The notes under the pieces: model-generated
What the model was told of the DNA's origin: nothing
What the model saw: the letters and a program-made list of their open reading frames with translations, nothing else
The model's database searches: none
Assembly: GCA_030704615.1 (NCBI GenBank)
Contig: CM060731.1
Location: 74,896,001 to 74,960,000, forward strand
DNA from: Takakia lepidozioides
Taxonomy: Eukaryota > Plantae > Bryophyta
Direction of reading: 5' to 3'
DNA length: 64,000 nucleotides
Shown here: positions 11,913-23,949 of the stretch, one piece after another
Position numbering within the stretch: the first letter of the stretch is position 1
Layout of the letters: every line of letters starts with the position of its first letter
Translations under genes and position numbers: made by a program

Positions 11913-13430
11913 GAAAATACGGCGCCGCATTTCCGTATTGCATCTTGGTCATGCACCAGAGCGACGGAAATGCGACACCGAGTTTCCGTCCGGGGGAAAC
12001 CTTTATACTCTCCAGAACGGAAATGCGGTAACGCATTTCCATCCAGCAAGCACGGTAGGTGAAGGTGGTACGGAAATGCGGTACCGCATTTCCGTTCAGT
12101 ACCGCATTTCCGTTCTGATTGAGAATTATGAACAACGGGAACAGAAATGCGGCACCGCATTTCCGTCACAGTCGCACATTCCGACATACCAGAACAGAAA
12201 TACGGCGCAACATTTCCGTTTTATATCTGACGCATGGAGCTGAGGGATAGAAATGTTGCACCACATTTCCGTCCTCACAAGACATTCATACTCTCCAGAA
12301 CGGAAATGCGGTAACGCATTTCCATCCAACAAGCACGGTATGTGAAGGTGGAACGGAAATGCGGTACCGCATTTCCGTTCTGATTGAGAATTATGAACAA
12401 CGGGAACAGAAATGCGGCACCGCATTTCCGTCCGAGTCGCACTTTCCGACATTCCAGAACGGAAATGCGGCGCCGCATTTCCATTTTGTATCTGATGCAT
12501 GGAGCCGATTGCAATTCCGACCGCTTGAGACATTCATACTATCCAGAACGGAAATGCGGTACCGCATTTCCGTTCTGACTGAAAATCGTGAACCATCGGA
12601 ACTGAAATGCGGCAGCGCATTTCCATCCGAGTCGCACCTCCCAACATTCCAGAACGCAAATGCGGCACCGCATTTCCGTTCTGATGAAAAATCGTGAAAC
12701 ATCGGAACTGAAATGCGGTACCGCATTTCCGTCGGAGTCGCACCTTCCGACATTCCAAAACGGAAATGCGGCGCCGCATTTCCGTTTTGTATGTGAGGCA
12801 TGGAGCTGTGGAACGAAAATGCGGCACCGCATTTCCGCCAGGGTCAGACCTTAATACTCTACAGAACGGAAATGCGTCGTGAACAACGGGAACAGAAATG
12901 CGGCACCGCATTTCCGTCGGAGTCGTACCTTCCGACATTCCAAAACGGAAATGCGGCGCCGCATTTTCGTTTTGTATGTGAGGCATGGAGCTGTGGAACG
13001 AAAATGCGGCACCGCATTTCCGCCAGGGTCAGACCTTAATACTCTACAGAACGGAAATGCGGTACCGCATTTCCGTTCTGACTGAAAATCGTGAACAACG
13101 GGAACAGAAATGCGGCACCGCATTTCCGTCCGAGTCACACCTTCCGACATTCTAGAACGGAAATGTGGCGCCGCATTTCCCTTTTGTATCTCATACATGA
13201 AGCTGTGGGATGGAAATGCGGCACCGTATTTCCGTTCAACAACTAAGGTATGTGAAGGTGGAACGGAAATGCGGTGCCGCATTTTCTTCCAACAAGTATG
13301 GATGTGTAGCTTCGTGATGGTACTTAACGGAAATGTGGCGCCGCATTCGCATTTTCACTCCAACTCATCAGACGCTGGGACGGAAATGCCTTGAAATGTG
13401 AACACGTGGAGCAACGGAATTGCGGCACAT
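11913..13430. repeat. Array of ~28 22-bp palindromes GGAAATGCGGnnCCGCATTTCC on a 53-bp period with about five recurring spacer types
   Basis: Starts at 11913, 11966, 12019, 12072 | 12143...12461 | 12550...12868 | 12894...13265, each run in steps of 53. Confidence 0.95.
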
Positions 13431-13781
13431 GTCTGCACTCTATCTGACTAAAGTGGCATGAGGCGGCGCGGCCTGACCGTTGGATAATGATGTTTGTTTT
13501 TCGGACGGCAGGCGTACCCTGAACGATTCGAATTTCGTAATGACGCAAAGGCCACGAGGAGACACTTTCGTCCAACCCTTTCGAACTGGTGCATCACCGC
13601 CGTTTCATCTACTTTTGTCGTGTCTCCTCAGTCACCCCTCTCGCGCCCTTTCCATCTGCACTTTTTGCCCCTTTTCCCTGTCTCTGTTCTTCTTATGCTC
13701 GAACCTGAGAGGGGGGGAGTTCGGGCACCAGACAGGAGACCTCGTCGCAAGCTCCGAAAATTATACTTCGGACGTAGGCCA

Positions 13782-16700
13782 ATGCCGAAGGGGAGGAAGC
13801 AGATGCGTCTACAGGAGGAGATTGCCATCTCCGAGCAGCAGGCCACTCAGGCAACCCAGCCACCAGTGAGAGCTCCATGCGATCGGGCTGCGCGCAGCTG
13901 ATCGAGCACCGAACCCCCCATTTTGCTTCTGTAATTCTTAGACTGAATGCTATGAGACTTGAATGCAGAACATGTTTGCATGCCTAACAGGAAAGGTGGA
14001 CGTGCTGGAGGGATCGCAGGAATCCGAAGAGCCGCAGGAAGAGTCCGTGGAGCTAGCTGCAGCACGTACACCCACCCGATCCCCGAGCGCGGGTATTCCT
14101 GCCGGGCCTAGCCCTGTGCGTTTCAAAGACGCGGCTTCGAAGGGCAAGTTCAAAGCCCCAGAGATCGACTCGCGTTCTTCGGTCATGGAGAATTGCCAGC
14201 AGGGGTCAGGCCCTTCTCCAGCAAAGTCGAAGAAGAAGCAGCCCGTCCCTCTACTGGTTTCTGAACCGGCTCAGGCCGTTTCACCCCACCAACGCGAATG
14301 AAGCAGCAGGGTAAAAGACAGATTCAATTGCAGCAGACACCTTCACCTGCAAAGATGAGGAAGTAGAAGGCAATCAGGGCGACGGCCGAACAATCTCCGC
14401 AAAACCGCTTCCACGAGCTGAAGCTCAATTCCTGGAGGATTTCCCGCCTGCAGATGTTGGGGCCGTCTCTGCTGCAGCGAAGGCAATGGGATCGACCGTT
14501 TATGTCGATTTGGTACCGGAGGAGGGTGCTGCCGCTCAATGTTCGCAGCAAGACCTCACCACCGATGAGCAAGCAGGCCCGGAGGAGGCCTCTGCAATGG
14601 CAGAATTGCCCGCAAACAGGCCCCAGAATGCAGCTCCAGTTGAGGATGCTCCAGCTGCTCAGCCACTACCGGCACCTACAGACATGTCTCCGGAGGATTT
14701 CAAAAGTGCAGCGGATAAAATGTTGGAGGAGACACACAGTAGCATTGGCAGAGTTCTGGGCAGCAGGGTATTCCAGCGGACTCTTCGAATCCCACTCTGT
14801 CGCATGGTCTCCCTTCCCATCGTCAGGCAGGCCCTTCCCGGAGATGTGGATAAGCTGAAGTTCGCATTTCGAGAAGGGTACTGTCTGGGATCGGCAGCGT
14901 TTTACGTTTCCATTGAGAATGAGGACGGCGAAACTCGTGGACCCACTGCCGATGAATTGTCAACGTGGGATACCCACTGGCACACTCGCAACGACGAATT
15001 CGAGGCGACGCTGAAGGGTGATCCAGACTTCGGCCATATGTCGGGTAAAATGTTCTTTGTGTGGGACGGGAATCACCGACTTCTTGCCTGGTGGGAGTAC
15101 ATCAAGCAGAACCATGCCCAGCACATTGGCTGGCATTACATGGTGGAGTGTGTCATCCTCAAGGTGAAGGCGGCAGACTCCTCCCTGCTCAAGAATGCCA
15201 TGGCGGACCTCAACTCGTAAGATACTCATACCCTCCCTAGCACGTTCGAAATGCGGTGCCGCATTTCGGTTTCCATTCTGGTTTGTTTCCGTGCTTCCGT
15301 GTACTGAACTGGAGAGTGTGCCTTGCAGGGTCACTGAGAATGCGTACGTGCATACCCACATGGCACATATGCTGTACAGGGTGAGGAAAACTGGTCTCAC
15401 TGATCCGCAGATGTTTGCAGAAATGCTGGAGCCCGAGCTCATTCAGAAAGCCGTTGCAAAAACAGACCGGACATGGTATCGTCTCACTATGGATGGAATG
15501 GTGTAGGTGATATACGAAGTAAGTCGTCCTCCAATTTCCCTCTGCTCATCCTTCCCCAATTTCCAGTAATCTTTCCACATGAATCGAATGTAACGCTTCT
15601 GCATGTTTTTGTTGGCAGTCAAACATCAAGCTGGATTTGGCCCATGCCAAACGCTTCTTCATGGAAAGTGAGGGGCAGGTCAAAACGTTGCAGTCATTGA
15701 CTGAGCACTTGAAGGAAGCCGGTGTCAAGTCCAGAACCAAATACAAGTCAAAGCTTGTGAAGCTGGTGGCAATTGCAGATCCGGCACTTGGAAAGGACTT
15801 CATCCCCGAGATTGCAAAACACTATTCTCGGGCCATGCAGCCGACCATGCAATTGGAGAAACTGCATCACCTCTCAACGGCATGTGTTGAGGCGAAAGAG
15901 AAGGTGAGGTTTCAATGCACTGAAGTTCCTTCCTAGCAATAGCCACTCTCTTCCAGCTCCTGACATTGGATCGGAAATGGCAGACACGGTGGCTGTCGAT
16001 CTGGAATGCATCCGAGAGCATAAGGACAATGTGGTCTTTTCCACTCGAAGTTTCCGACCCTGCAGTAGATGTGTGGCTCAACCGCATGACTTGGTGGTTC
16101 CAGGTAATTCAAGGTACTTCCCCAGATTTGCTTTTCTGAAATGAATTCCCTGAACTGCTACGTGACAATGCATTTGGGAATCGCAGGTAATGTCGAATGC
16201 GAAGGAGCAAGTCGTAATGCACACAAATTCGTTCGGCTTGTACGTCAAATGGGATGGAACACAGACATTGGAAGACTACGTGACACATTTCAGATGTGCG
16301 TACAAGGACAACCTCTTCGCCAGAGAGCTACAGACAGCAAGAAGGAGCGTGGAGTTTACACATCAGGAGGGAGCGGGGAAAGCTGCAATGCGAATTGTTT
16401 ACAGGTGAAGCACAGCTGCCCTTGTATGCGAAGCCTGGTTACGAGGTTTGTCTCGGAAATGCGGCACCGCATTCGCATTTTATGTTTTCGGTGGCACTCT
16501 GCGAGTAGGTTCGTCCAATCTTATGCTCACGCATGCTGACTGCCTTGCAGGTATATGAAATACGTGCTCCTTCAGACAGGGGCCCTGGCTCAAGAGCCCC
16601 CGTTCTTCATGGCTTGGACCGTGGCGGGCCCAAGCTGTGTCTACACACCCGAGATGCAGAAACAATGGCATCCCGCGCATCTCGTTGGATGCCCTGGTAC

Positions 16701-18738
16701 CTGGATATGTTGGCGGTATTGTTGACGAGTCTGAGAAAGATCTGCACGCCTTGGCAGAAGAGAAGAGAAAGGAAAGACGTGTCCCTGCTGGGCCAAAGTC
16801 GGCAAAGGAATCTGCTGCTCTGGAAGAATCCAGAAAGGCAGCTGAGATGGCACAAAAGACGGTGGATGCAGCTGTGTAGGCCCAATAGAAGGAGTCGAAG
16901 AAGAGGACTTGCCAGCAAGGAGCAGCTGTTGTGACACCCGCCACAACGAAGAAGCAGAAACAGCCTGTTCAGGAAGAGGGTGAGGAAGAGGACTCCGATG
17001 GAGACTTTGCAACCAGCCCACCCCCCAAACGCAGGCTGCCTCCCCTGTGCCCACCGTTGTCACGAGAGGCACGAGAACTGGCTCGGCAAAGAAGGCATTC
17101 TTCAACCCCCCAGGGGGTACCCTTTCGAGCCGGTGGAAATGAAGAGGCCGAAAGTGGCTCCCGAAACAGTAGTCCAGTGTGTAAATGAGAGTTTCTTGGC
17201 GGCTTTGGATGGACGGGCAGCCAAGTTGGCATACATGAAGACCATGGAGGGTCTGAAGGGCAGAGCACTGAAGAAGGCGACTACCGAAGAGCCTTCCGAC
17301 ACCCCAGGATTTCAGAATATGGTCTCGTTCTTTGAGAGGGTGTGTGCAGACAAGGATTGTAGGAGGGGCGGAAATGCCACCGAGTGGTCTTGCGATATGA
17401 TCATCTTGGATATTCCGGACGGAGAGCCTGTGGAAGGACTACAAGCTTTGCCATCTTGGAACAGGTACTCGGAGGACTTTTGGAAGAAAGGATTCGGGCT
17501 TGCCCGCATGGTGTTGGACGACAGAGGCTGTGTGGTTGTCCTGGCGAGCAGAGGAAAAAACACTCAGACAGGAATTGCGAAGTGGACCCGCAAGAGCGCC
17601 GTCCCGATTCTGAAAAAGAAGTGGACGTGCATCAACACACTGGGCCTTCGGTCGGAAGGGAAGAAGGTGATTACGACACTGGCACTCGTCCATTCATTTG
17701 CTTGGGTGTTTTCAAATGCGGTGCCGCATTCGGTTTCTAATCGTTCCCCCCTGTGTATGCAGACGAAGCAGTTCGATGCATACTGCTTTGTGAAGGAGAA
17801 CTCCACCTTTGCTTTTCGGAAGGAGGGAGGAAAGGTTGACCCGAACTGCGACCCCCTCGATTACGACGTTCTGTTCAACAACGTTCCCAAGGAACTTCTC
17901 CCTCATAGCCTCACTTCAACGGAACCCCTGCGGTACTCACGGACTCGGAGCTACAATTATGGAGACATGCACAGACGTGGAGGGCACAGTGCTCGACCTC
18001 ATCTGTGGGACAGGTATGCAAAATCTTGATCTATGCTGTTCTGCAAATTCTCGTTAGGATGTAGTTCGCAACATCTGAAGCGCCATGTTGTAATGTGTGG
18101 ATGGCATTGTAACAGGTGCCTCAATGTGGGCTGGGCGGTTTTCCGACCGGCACCTCTTTGCCTACGAGGAGGACTCATCCGTGTGGGGATCCCATCTGGA
18201 AGGGCTGCAACGGAATGTTAAGGCTCCCAACAGAGCGGAAGTCTCCTCGGATTCGTCGGAGTCGGAGGAAGAGACAGTGGACATTGATGCGGAGGAGAAC
18301 CCGGAATACGAGTGAGTGCAAACATTGTAAGTTTGCAAAGCCTTCTGGGTCATTTTTGTCAAACGAATTTCCGGACTGTGGTTCTCATTAGTCTCGTTGA
18401 TGATTGTCATGTGCAGGATTGCAGGGTCCGGGTCGAAACATGTAGGGCCTACACTTCCTGCCAGGAAGAATGTCCCGTTCTTTGCGAGGGCCGACTTCAT
18501 GACGAGCCCGGTGAGGGACTACTCCCTTCCTAGTTATGCAGCTAAACTCGCAAATACAGCGATTAGAAGAAGTGAGAATCCCAGTAAAGTAGAGCAGATT
18601 TTGGAGAGGGCTAGGGAGGACAGAAGGATAAGAAAAGAGTTGCAGCAGCTCAGACAGGTAGACGGGTACGAAAGTACATATGTGATTCAGCGGATGAGAG
18701 CGACGCAGACAGGGAGGAAGACGACCCAACGGAGGTGA
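13782..18738 (+). pseudogene. Multi-exon ParB/Srx-domain plus beta-class N6A/N4C DNA methyltransferase-fold gene (MULE cargo, disrupted)
   Basis: ParB-like FFVWDGNHRLLAW at ~15050-15090. MTase motif IV-like CDMIILDIPDG at ~17391 precedes motif I GTVLDLICGTG|ASMWAGRFSDRHLFAYEED (intron 18014-18115). Other GT-AG introns include 15217-15328 and 18312-18416. It has in-frame TAGs and frameshifts, and the 3' end is uncertain. Confidence 0.75.
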
Positions 18739-19019
18739 GATGGACAGTTCCGCAAGGGGAAGATGGGATTTTCGAAAGCCTGGCCAACGAGCAGTCCGCT
18801 GGAGATGAGAAAGGCAATGAGGGGTGGAGGCGGAGCAGGACAGTCTAGAACATGATGAGGATTCGGATGATTTTCAAGATTAATAGAATTTTAATGAAGT
18901 CTCTGTAAATGTAAATTCTCTTCCAGAGTATATAAAGGAAAATCTCCCCGACATTCGTGACCCCTCTCCAGTGTGCATTCCAGCCATACAATCGCCCAAA
19001 CCACGACGCTCCCAAAATC

Positions 19020-19740
19020 AGAAATGGGGCACCGCATTTCCAAAATTTTGGCAACTCTAAAAACCTCTTTTGGAAATGCGGCACCGCATTTCCAAAACAG
19101 GGGAGGGACTAAATTTTCCATTTCAATGTTGGCATAGTAAAAAGTAATCGGCCGATTGGAAATGCGGTGCCGCATTTCCAAAATTTCCTTTGTCCACACG
19201 CCAGTTTTGGCCTCTCCCGCTCATTGCATGGGATGCCACCACGCTTACAGAGGTCGAACAAGGAGGTCGAACAAGGAGGTTGAGATGGCGGAATTGGAAA
19301 TGCGGTGCCGCATTTCCATATTGGGGATGGTCGTTGTTCGAACTGCAGGCCCATCAGCAAAAATTGGCACCGCATTCCATTGTCAAAAAAAAGTCGATGA
19401 CGGACATGGAAATGCGGCGCCGCATTTCCAGAACGGACATCGCAATTTGTCCCATTTGCAGACCCTCTCACGGAAATGCGGTAACGCATTCCATCGAGCT
19501 GGTCGGAAATGGGTGCACTTTTCGAAGTGTTCGACGGAAAGCGGCAACCGCATTCCCTTGTCCAAAAAGAAGTTTCCATTGCCAAGCTGGAAATGCGTCG
19601 CCGCATTTGCAATGCCAACCTCGTTGTCTGTCCAATTTATAGACCCGTGTGGGTATTTCGTGTACCTGGACGGAAATGATGCACCGCATTCCATTGTCCG
19701 ACACTGAAATGCGGTTCATACATTTCCATGTCGCATTTCA
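19020..19740. repeat. Second cluster of the 22-bp palindrome, irregular spacing
   Basis: About 12 full or partial copies, e.g. 19073, 19158, 19296, 19408, 19472, 19589. Confidence 0.9.
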
Positions 19741-19996
19741 ATGTCCGACGTGGCGTTACTCTGGTATATTCTTGACACATGACTCTCATACCGGTTACTC
19801 TGGTATATTCATCCGGACAGACAAATTGTAGAAATGAGACATCAAATTGTAAACAGTGGGCCAATTCCGACAGTTATTCAACAGAATGAAACACAATCAC
19901 ACAGAAGTGAGGTACGATGGGTTTATTGATCGGACACGATGTCTCACATTTACCAACTGCAGACAAAACTAAGCCCTTCCTCCTTCTACATGGGCT

Positions 19997-20620
19997 TCAC
20001 CAAGTCGACGGAACTTCGATACCCCTCAAAACAAGCTCATTACTGCTGCGGCACCTCGAGGTAAACTGCAATTCGGTCGTTCTGCTGCCCTTGCTGGAGC
20101 CGACAACAATGTCATGTCCATCAATGATACCACCATCATACATTGACAAGGTCACTGTGGGCCTCATGTGCCCGTGCGATTCGTCTTCGCAACTCAGCCG
20201 AATGTCTCCATACACTGGAAGAGCGGAGTGATCTGCACGTATATAGTTTTCCCCGGTGCCGTCCTCCTGGTCCACTGGCAGCAGTTCCAGCGCCAAAGCG
20301 AGGCCGTGCATGATCTGTCCGGCATCCTTTCCAGCTTGGTATATCGAGGTCAACAATTTTCAGGACCCACGGACCGCATTGACCCTCGCCCTCACCTCGC
20401 TCAAAGCGAATGATGTCTCCTGATTCTGGTTTGAACATAGCATAATCGTGGCCATGATAAGGGCAGTCGCGTGGAGTTCGGTGGCACGACATCCTTGAAA
20501 GGTACCGGAGTACTGGAGTACGCTCAATGACAGCAGCTTCCGGATGGAGGAGGAGCAGCGCGGTGGCTGGAAAAAGTTCAAGCTAACGCTGCAATTCCTC
20601 ACAAACACTCCAGGGCACAT
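19997..20620 (-). pseudogene. Frameshifted unknown gene, paralog A
   Basis: DCPYHGHDYAMF..SGDII; PVYGDIRL; LSMYDGGIIDGHDIVV. Colinear with 20874-21585. Confidence 0.6.
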
Positions 20621-20873
20621 TTAAATTTCCCCCCTACAGGATCCTGGACGGATGAAGATTGGCTGCTCCATGAATGTAGCCGTTTCAGTTTCCTACCCTG
20701 CCATGCAAACTATGGGCAATGACTGCCAGGTGGGCCGATAGCCACTCGACACGACAAAGTCCATCCCCCTTCGATGTAAATGCGGCGCCGAATTTCCATC
20801 CGGGGATGGACTTCGGTGGCATATCTCATGACCCGGTAAGAGGGATGGACGTCATGAACACGTTATCTCAACC

Positions 20874-21585
20874 TTGGAGAGAAAAAGAGGTATGGGCGTC
20901 ATGAACACGTGTCGGTGGTGCGTGGGACCAGATGCTCCATTATTTGAGCCCGGACTGCTCTTCCGCTTTGCATCAATTCCAAAATCTAAGGGCTTCGTTG
21001 CTGTCCGCAAGGTCATTGTCATCGGCATCAAAGAGTCCTCAGGTCCTCCTTTGCAAGGATCGTGCTTCCGGAACCGGGACGACTGCCCTTATGGAGGCAT
21101 CGATTATGCAATGTATTTGGCCACATCGGGAGACATCGTTATCTGGTACACAGATTACAAAGAAGATACTGGTTCAAATGTGAAAACATTGTCCGCTTTT
21201 GAGTATATCCCAGGCCAGTACGCCTTCGAGCGGGGTGACGATCTTGGTCTGAGGAGTCCGTGGCTCCTGCGCACTCATTGATTCCGATTTTCCCAGCTAC
21301 GACGGGCACCCATGCAGAAGAATGCGCACTGCTATGCTGTTGCGGTGGAACTGCTGCAAGTGGACGTGGGTGGACTCCATCGGAGAGACTTATACTCCTG
21401 AAGGAGTGCGCTCATCTTCTCCATTGTATGGGGACCTTCGCATTGGTGTAGAGGACGAAAACGTGAAGCTTTCCATATACGATGGTGGTATGATTGAAGG
21501 GCAGGACATTGTGGTGAAACATCAACAGGGGCGGTACAACGGCTGCAATCGACTTACCTGGAGAAGCCGAAGACTCATGAGCTAG
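20874..21585 (+). pseudogene. Frameshifted unknown gene, paralog B, divergent from A
   Basis: DCPYGGIDYAMY..SGDIV; PLYGDLRI; LSIYDGGMIEGQDIVV. Confidence 0.6.
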
Positions 21586-21992
21586 TTCTGAGAGCAGTCG
21601 AAGTCCATTGACAACGTGACTTGTATTCAGTGGCACAGGGCTAACGATTTCTTTGCACAATCAGCACAGTAGACGTGATTCAAATCAATTCATGTGGATC
21701 AATAAAAACCTCATTGTGCCCTCTTTTTATTCTATTCTGTGTCCATCGTCCCAGAATGCGTCATTGCTCATTTCGTTTGGGATTGGGAGTGTGGGAGGAT
21801 TTTGCAAGTGGCTGTTAGGCTGAAATGGGCCCCCATTGTACGAGCAGTACCACCCTACATTCGCGAAACATTGCCATTCAATATATAATTCTAAAAAACA
21901 TTGCCGAACCTCCTTCATTGGGAGGTCCTTCTCCCCCTATGACCGTGGCACCCTTAACCCTATTCCCGCGGACACATATTTCCGGAAAATAG

Positions 21993-22076
21993 TCTGCTCA
22001 TGTTTTTTTTCACACTTACGACTCTGCTCATGGCTCATGCCGCTCATGGCTCATGGCTCATGAAATAGCAGCCCCC
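21993..22076. repeat. Right terminus of the giant MULE (GCTCATG repeats)
   Basis: GCTCATGGCTCATGCCGCTCATGGCTCATGGCTCATGAAATAGCAGCCCCC. Confidence 0.75.
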
Positions 22077-22740
22077 TATGAAGGTAGAGGTATCGTCATT
22101 GGGTACTAGCCCTGTTTGGTATACTCACAGAGGTACAACGTGATTCCAAAGAAACCTAGTCAAATAGACTATATGTAGGTAAGGGTATCGTTATGAGGTA
22201 GGTTCCCTATTGGTATACCTACAGAGGTATAGCGTTTGATTTACAAATAAATTTGATGTCAAAAACAGTGTATATTTATGTAGAGATATTGTCATGAGGT
22301 AGTAGCCTTGATTAGTATACCGACAGAGGTATAACACTTGATTGACAAAGGAACTTAGTTATATATACTAGTAGAGGTATCTGTTTGATATATCTACAGA
22401 GGTATAGTATTTCATTTTACAAGAAAAGTGGCCAAATTATCTATATTTATGCGGAGGTATCGTCATGAGACAGTAGCCCTGTTTAGTATACAACCAGAGT
22501 TATAGCGCCTGACTTACAAAGAAACTTGGTCAAATGAGCCTATGTGCAGGTTTGAGGTATCGTTATGAGGTAGTTGCCCTGTTTAGTATACCTACAGAGG
22601 TTATAACGCATGTAGCAAAGAAACTCAAGATAAATCAGGTTGTATTTATGTAGAGGTATCGTTAAGAGGTAATAGTAATGTTTGGTTTACCTACAGAGAT
22701 ATAGTGTCTGGAGACAAAGAAACCTAAGATATTCAGTCTA
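22077..22740. repeat. Degenerate ~97-bp tandem repeat, about 7 copies
   Basis: Recurring AGAGGTATCGT..ATGAGG and TACAGAGGTATA motifs at ~22087, 22183, 22282, 22373, 22454, 22554, 22653. Confidence 0.8.
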
Positions 22741-23949
22741 TATGCCCCTGGTCGCAGCTGAAAAAATGACTTCCCTCACAGCAAAAGCTCAGACATATCT
22801 GCATAAGACCATAGGAGTGCCAAAATTAATGAACACATGTTACCTTACCCACTTTTCTTATTGCCAACTGTGTGATGCTGTGGATGTTTCTATAACCTTA
22901 ACATGGCATTGGATAAACCCTAAACATGTGTGAGATTTCACTAGCTTTCAAGGAAACAACAGGGCATGACCAATTGATCAAAGAAGACAATCTTGAACTG
23001 TGATACTTCTCATGTTTTGATATTTACAATGTAATAATGTCTTGAAGCTTTACAGAAATCATACGGCAGGTGGGCCTCTCTCCCACCCTCCCCCCAAGAC
23101 TAAAACATATAGAGCACTTCATATAGCGCATAGAAAGTAACACTAGCTAGTAAACATTTTATGTAGAGTACTCAACTTACCATATAAATAGGCAGTATAG
23201 CAGCATTCCATTAATGGGTTGCAAGAAGATAGGGACCGCAGCTATACCTCAAAATCCTCATCCATTGATGACGTCTGTGAAAAAGTCACCAACAGCTGGA
23301 AATGTAACAACCGACAACAAAAATGGATTCCCATCCTTGGGCCACAACAAGATGGCACTCTCCAAAGCCAACACAAACAAAAGGGGCAACGACATTTGCC
23401 CCAATGTTGAACCCGTCTCTTTTCCTTCTTGTTGAGCTCTCTTTCGGTCAGGACGAATTAAGAGACATATTCCCACCTCCCCTCCTTTTGACCTATTGTG
23501 TCTCTCTTTACTTCAATCCTTTCTCAACAGATATAAACAAACATAATCAATGGAAGACAAGTTCCCTCCATCTCTCTATCATCTTCCTTTGCATCTCTTT
23601 GTTTTCATTAACCCCTTCTCATATTTATTGATTTGCTTCGTTCATAAAAATCTCATCCTTTCGCCACAAGGCACCCGTTGCACACACGCTTGTTCCCAAC
23701 TTGTCAATTCTCTAACACAGGATGGAATCTGCCGGACTCCATGGAATCTTCAGATTCAAACCCTCTATAATCTCCCAAATTGCACTTGAACTCGCACTCG
23801 AACTGACCTTCCAACTTGTCTTTAACTCGCCACTCAAACTCAACTTCGCACTCAAACTTTCACTGCATTTGAACTTGCACTTGAATTCTCCAAATTTACC
23901 ATGATTTTACTCTCACTATTCTCAGCGAACTTGTAACACTTAACATTCA

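Larger units (their letters stand above)
745..22076. mobile_element. Giant Mutator(MULE)-like DNA transposon, left end outside window, interrupted by an LTR element at 1232-11889
   Basis: Right terminus has GCTCATG repeats ending CATGAAATAGCAGCCCCC (22076). This matches the terminus behind the MULE transposase at 7460-7518. The same 22-bp palindrome occurs on both sides of the LTR insertion (1195 and 11913 onward). Several cargo genes lie inside. Confidence 0.65.

Noticed and set aside
11848-13394. Many overlapping ORFs with GNAAPHFR/MRRRIS/KCG repeats, also at 18845-19719
   Set aside because: These are translations of the palindromic DNA array in all six frames, not proteins.
11913-13430. 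CRISPR array (palindromic repeat plus constant-length spacers)
   Set aside because: Spacers recur as about five types in higher-order units, there are no cas genes, the context is eukaryotic TE DNA, and the motif also occurs singly in introns.
13782-18738. Prophage or bacterial contamination as the source of the ParB-MTase
   Set aside because: It has multiple in-phase GT-AG introns and is continuous with plant TE sequence.
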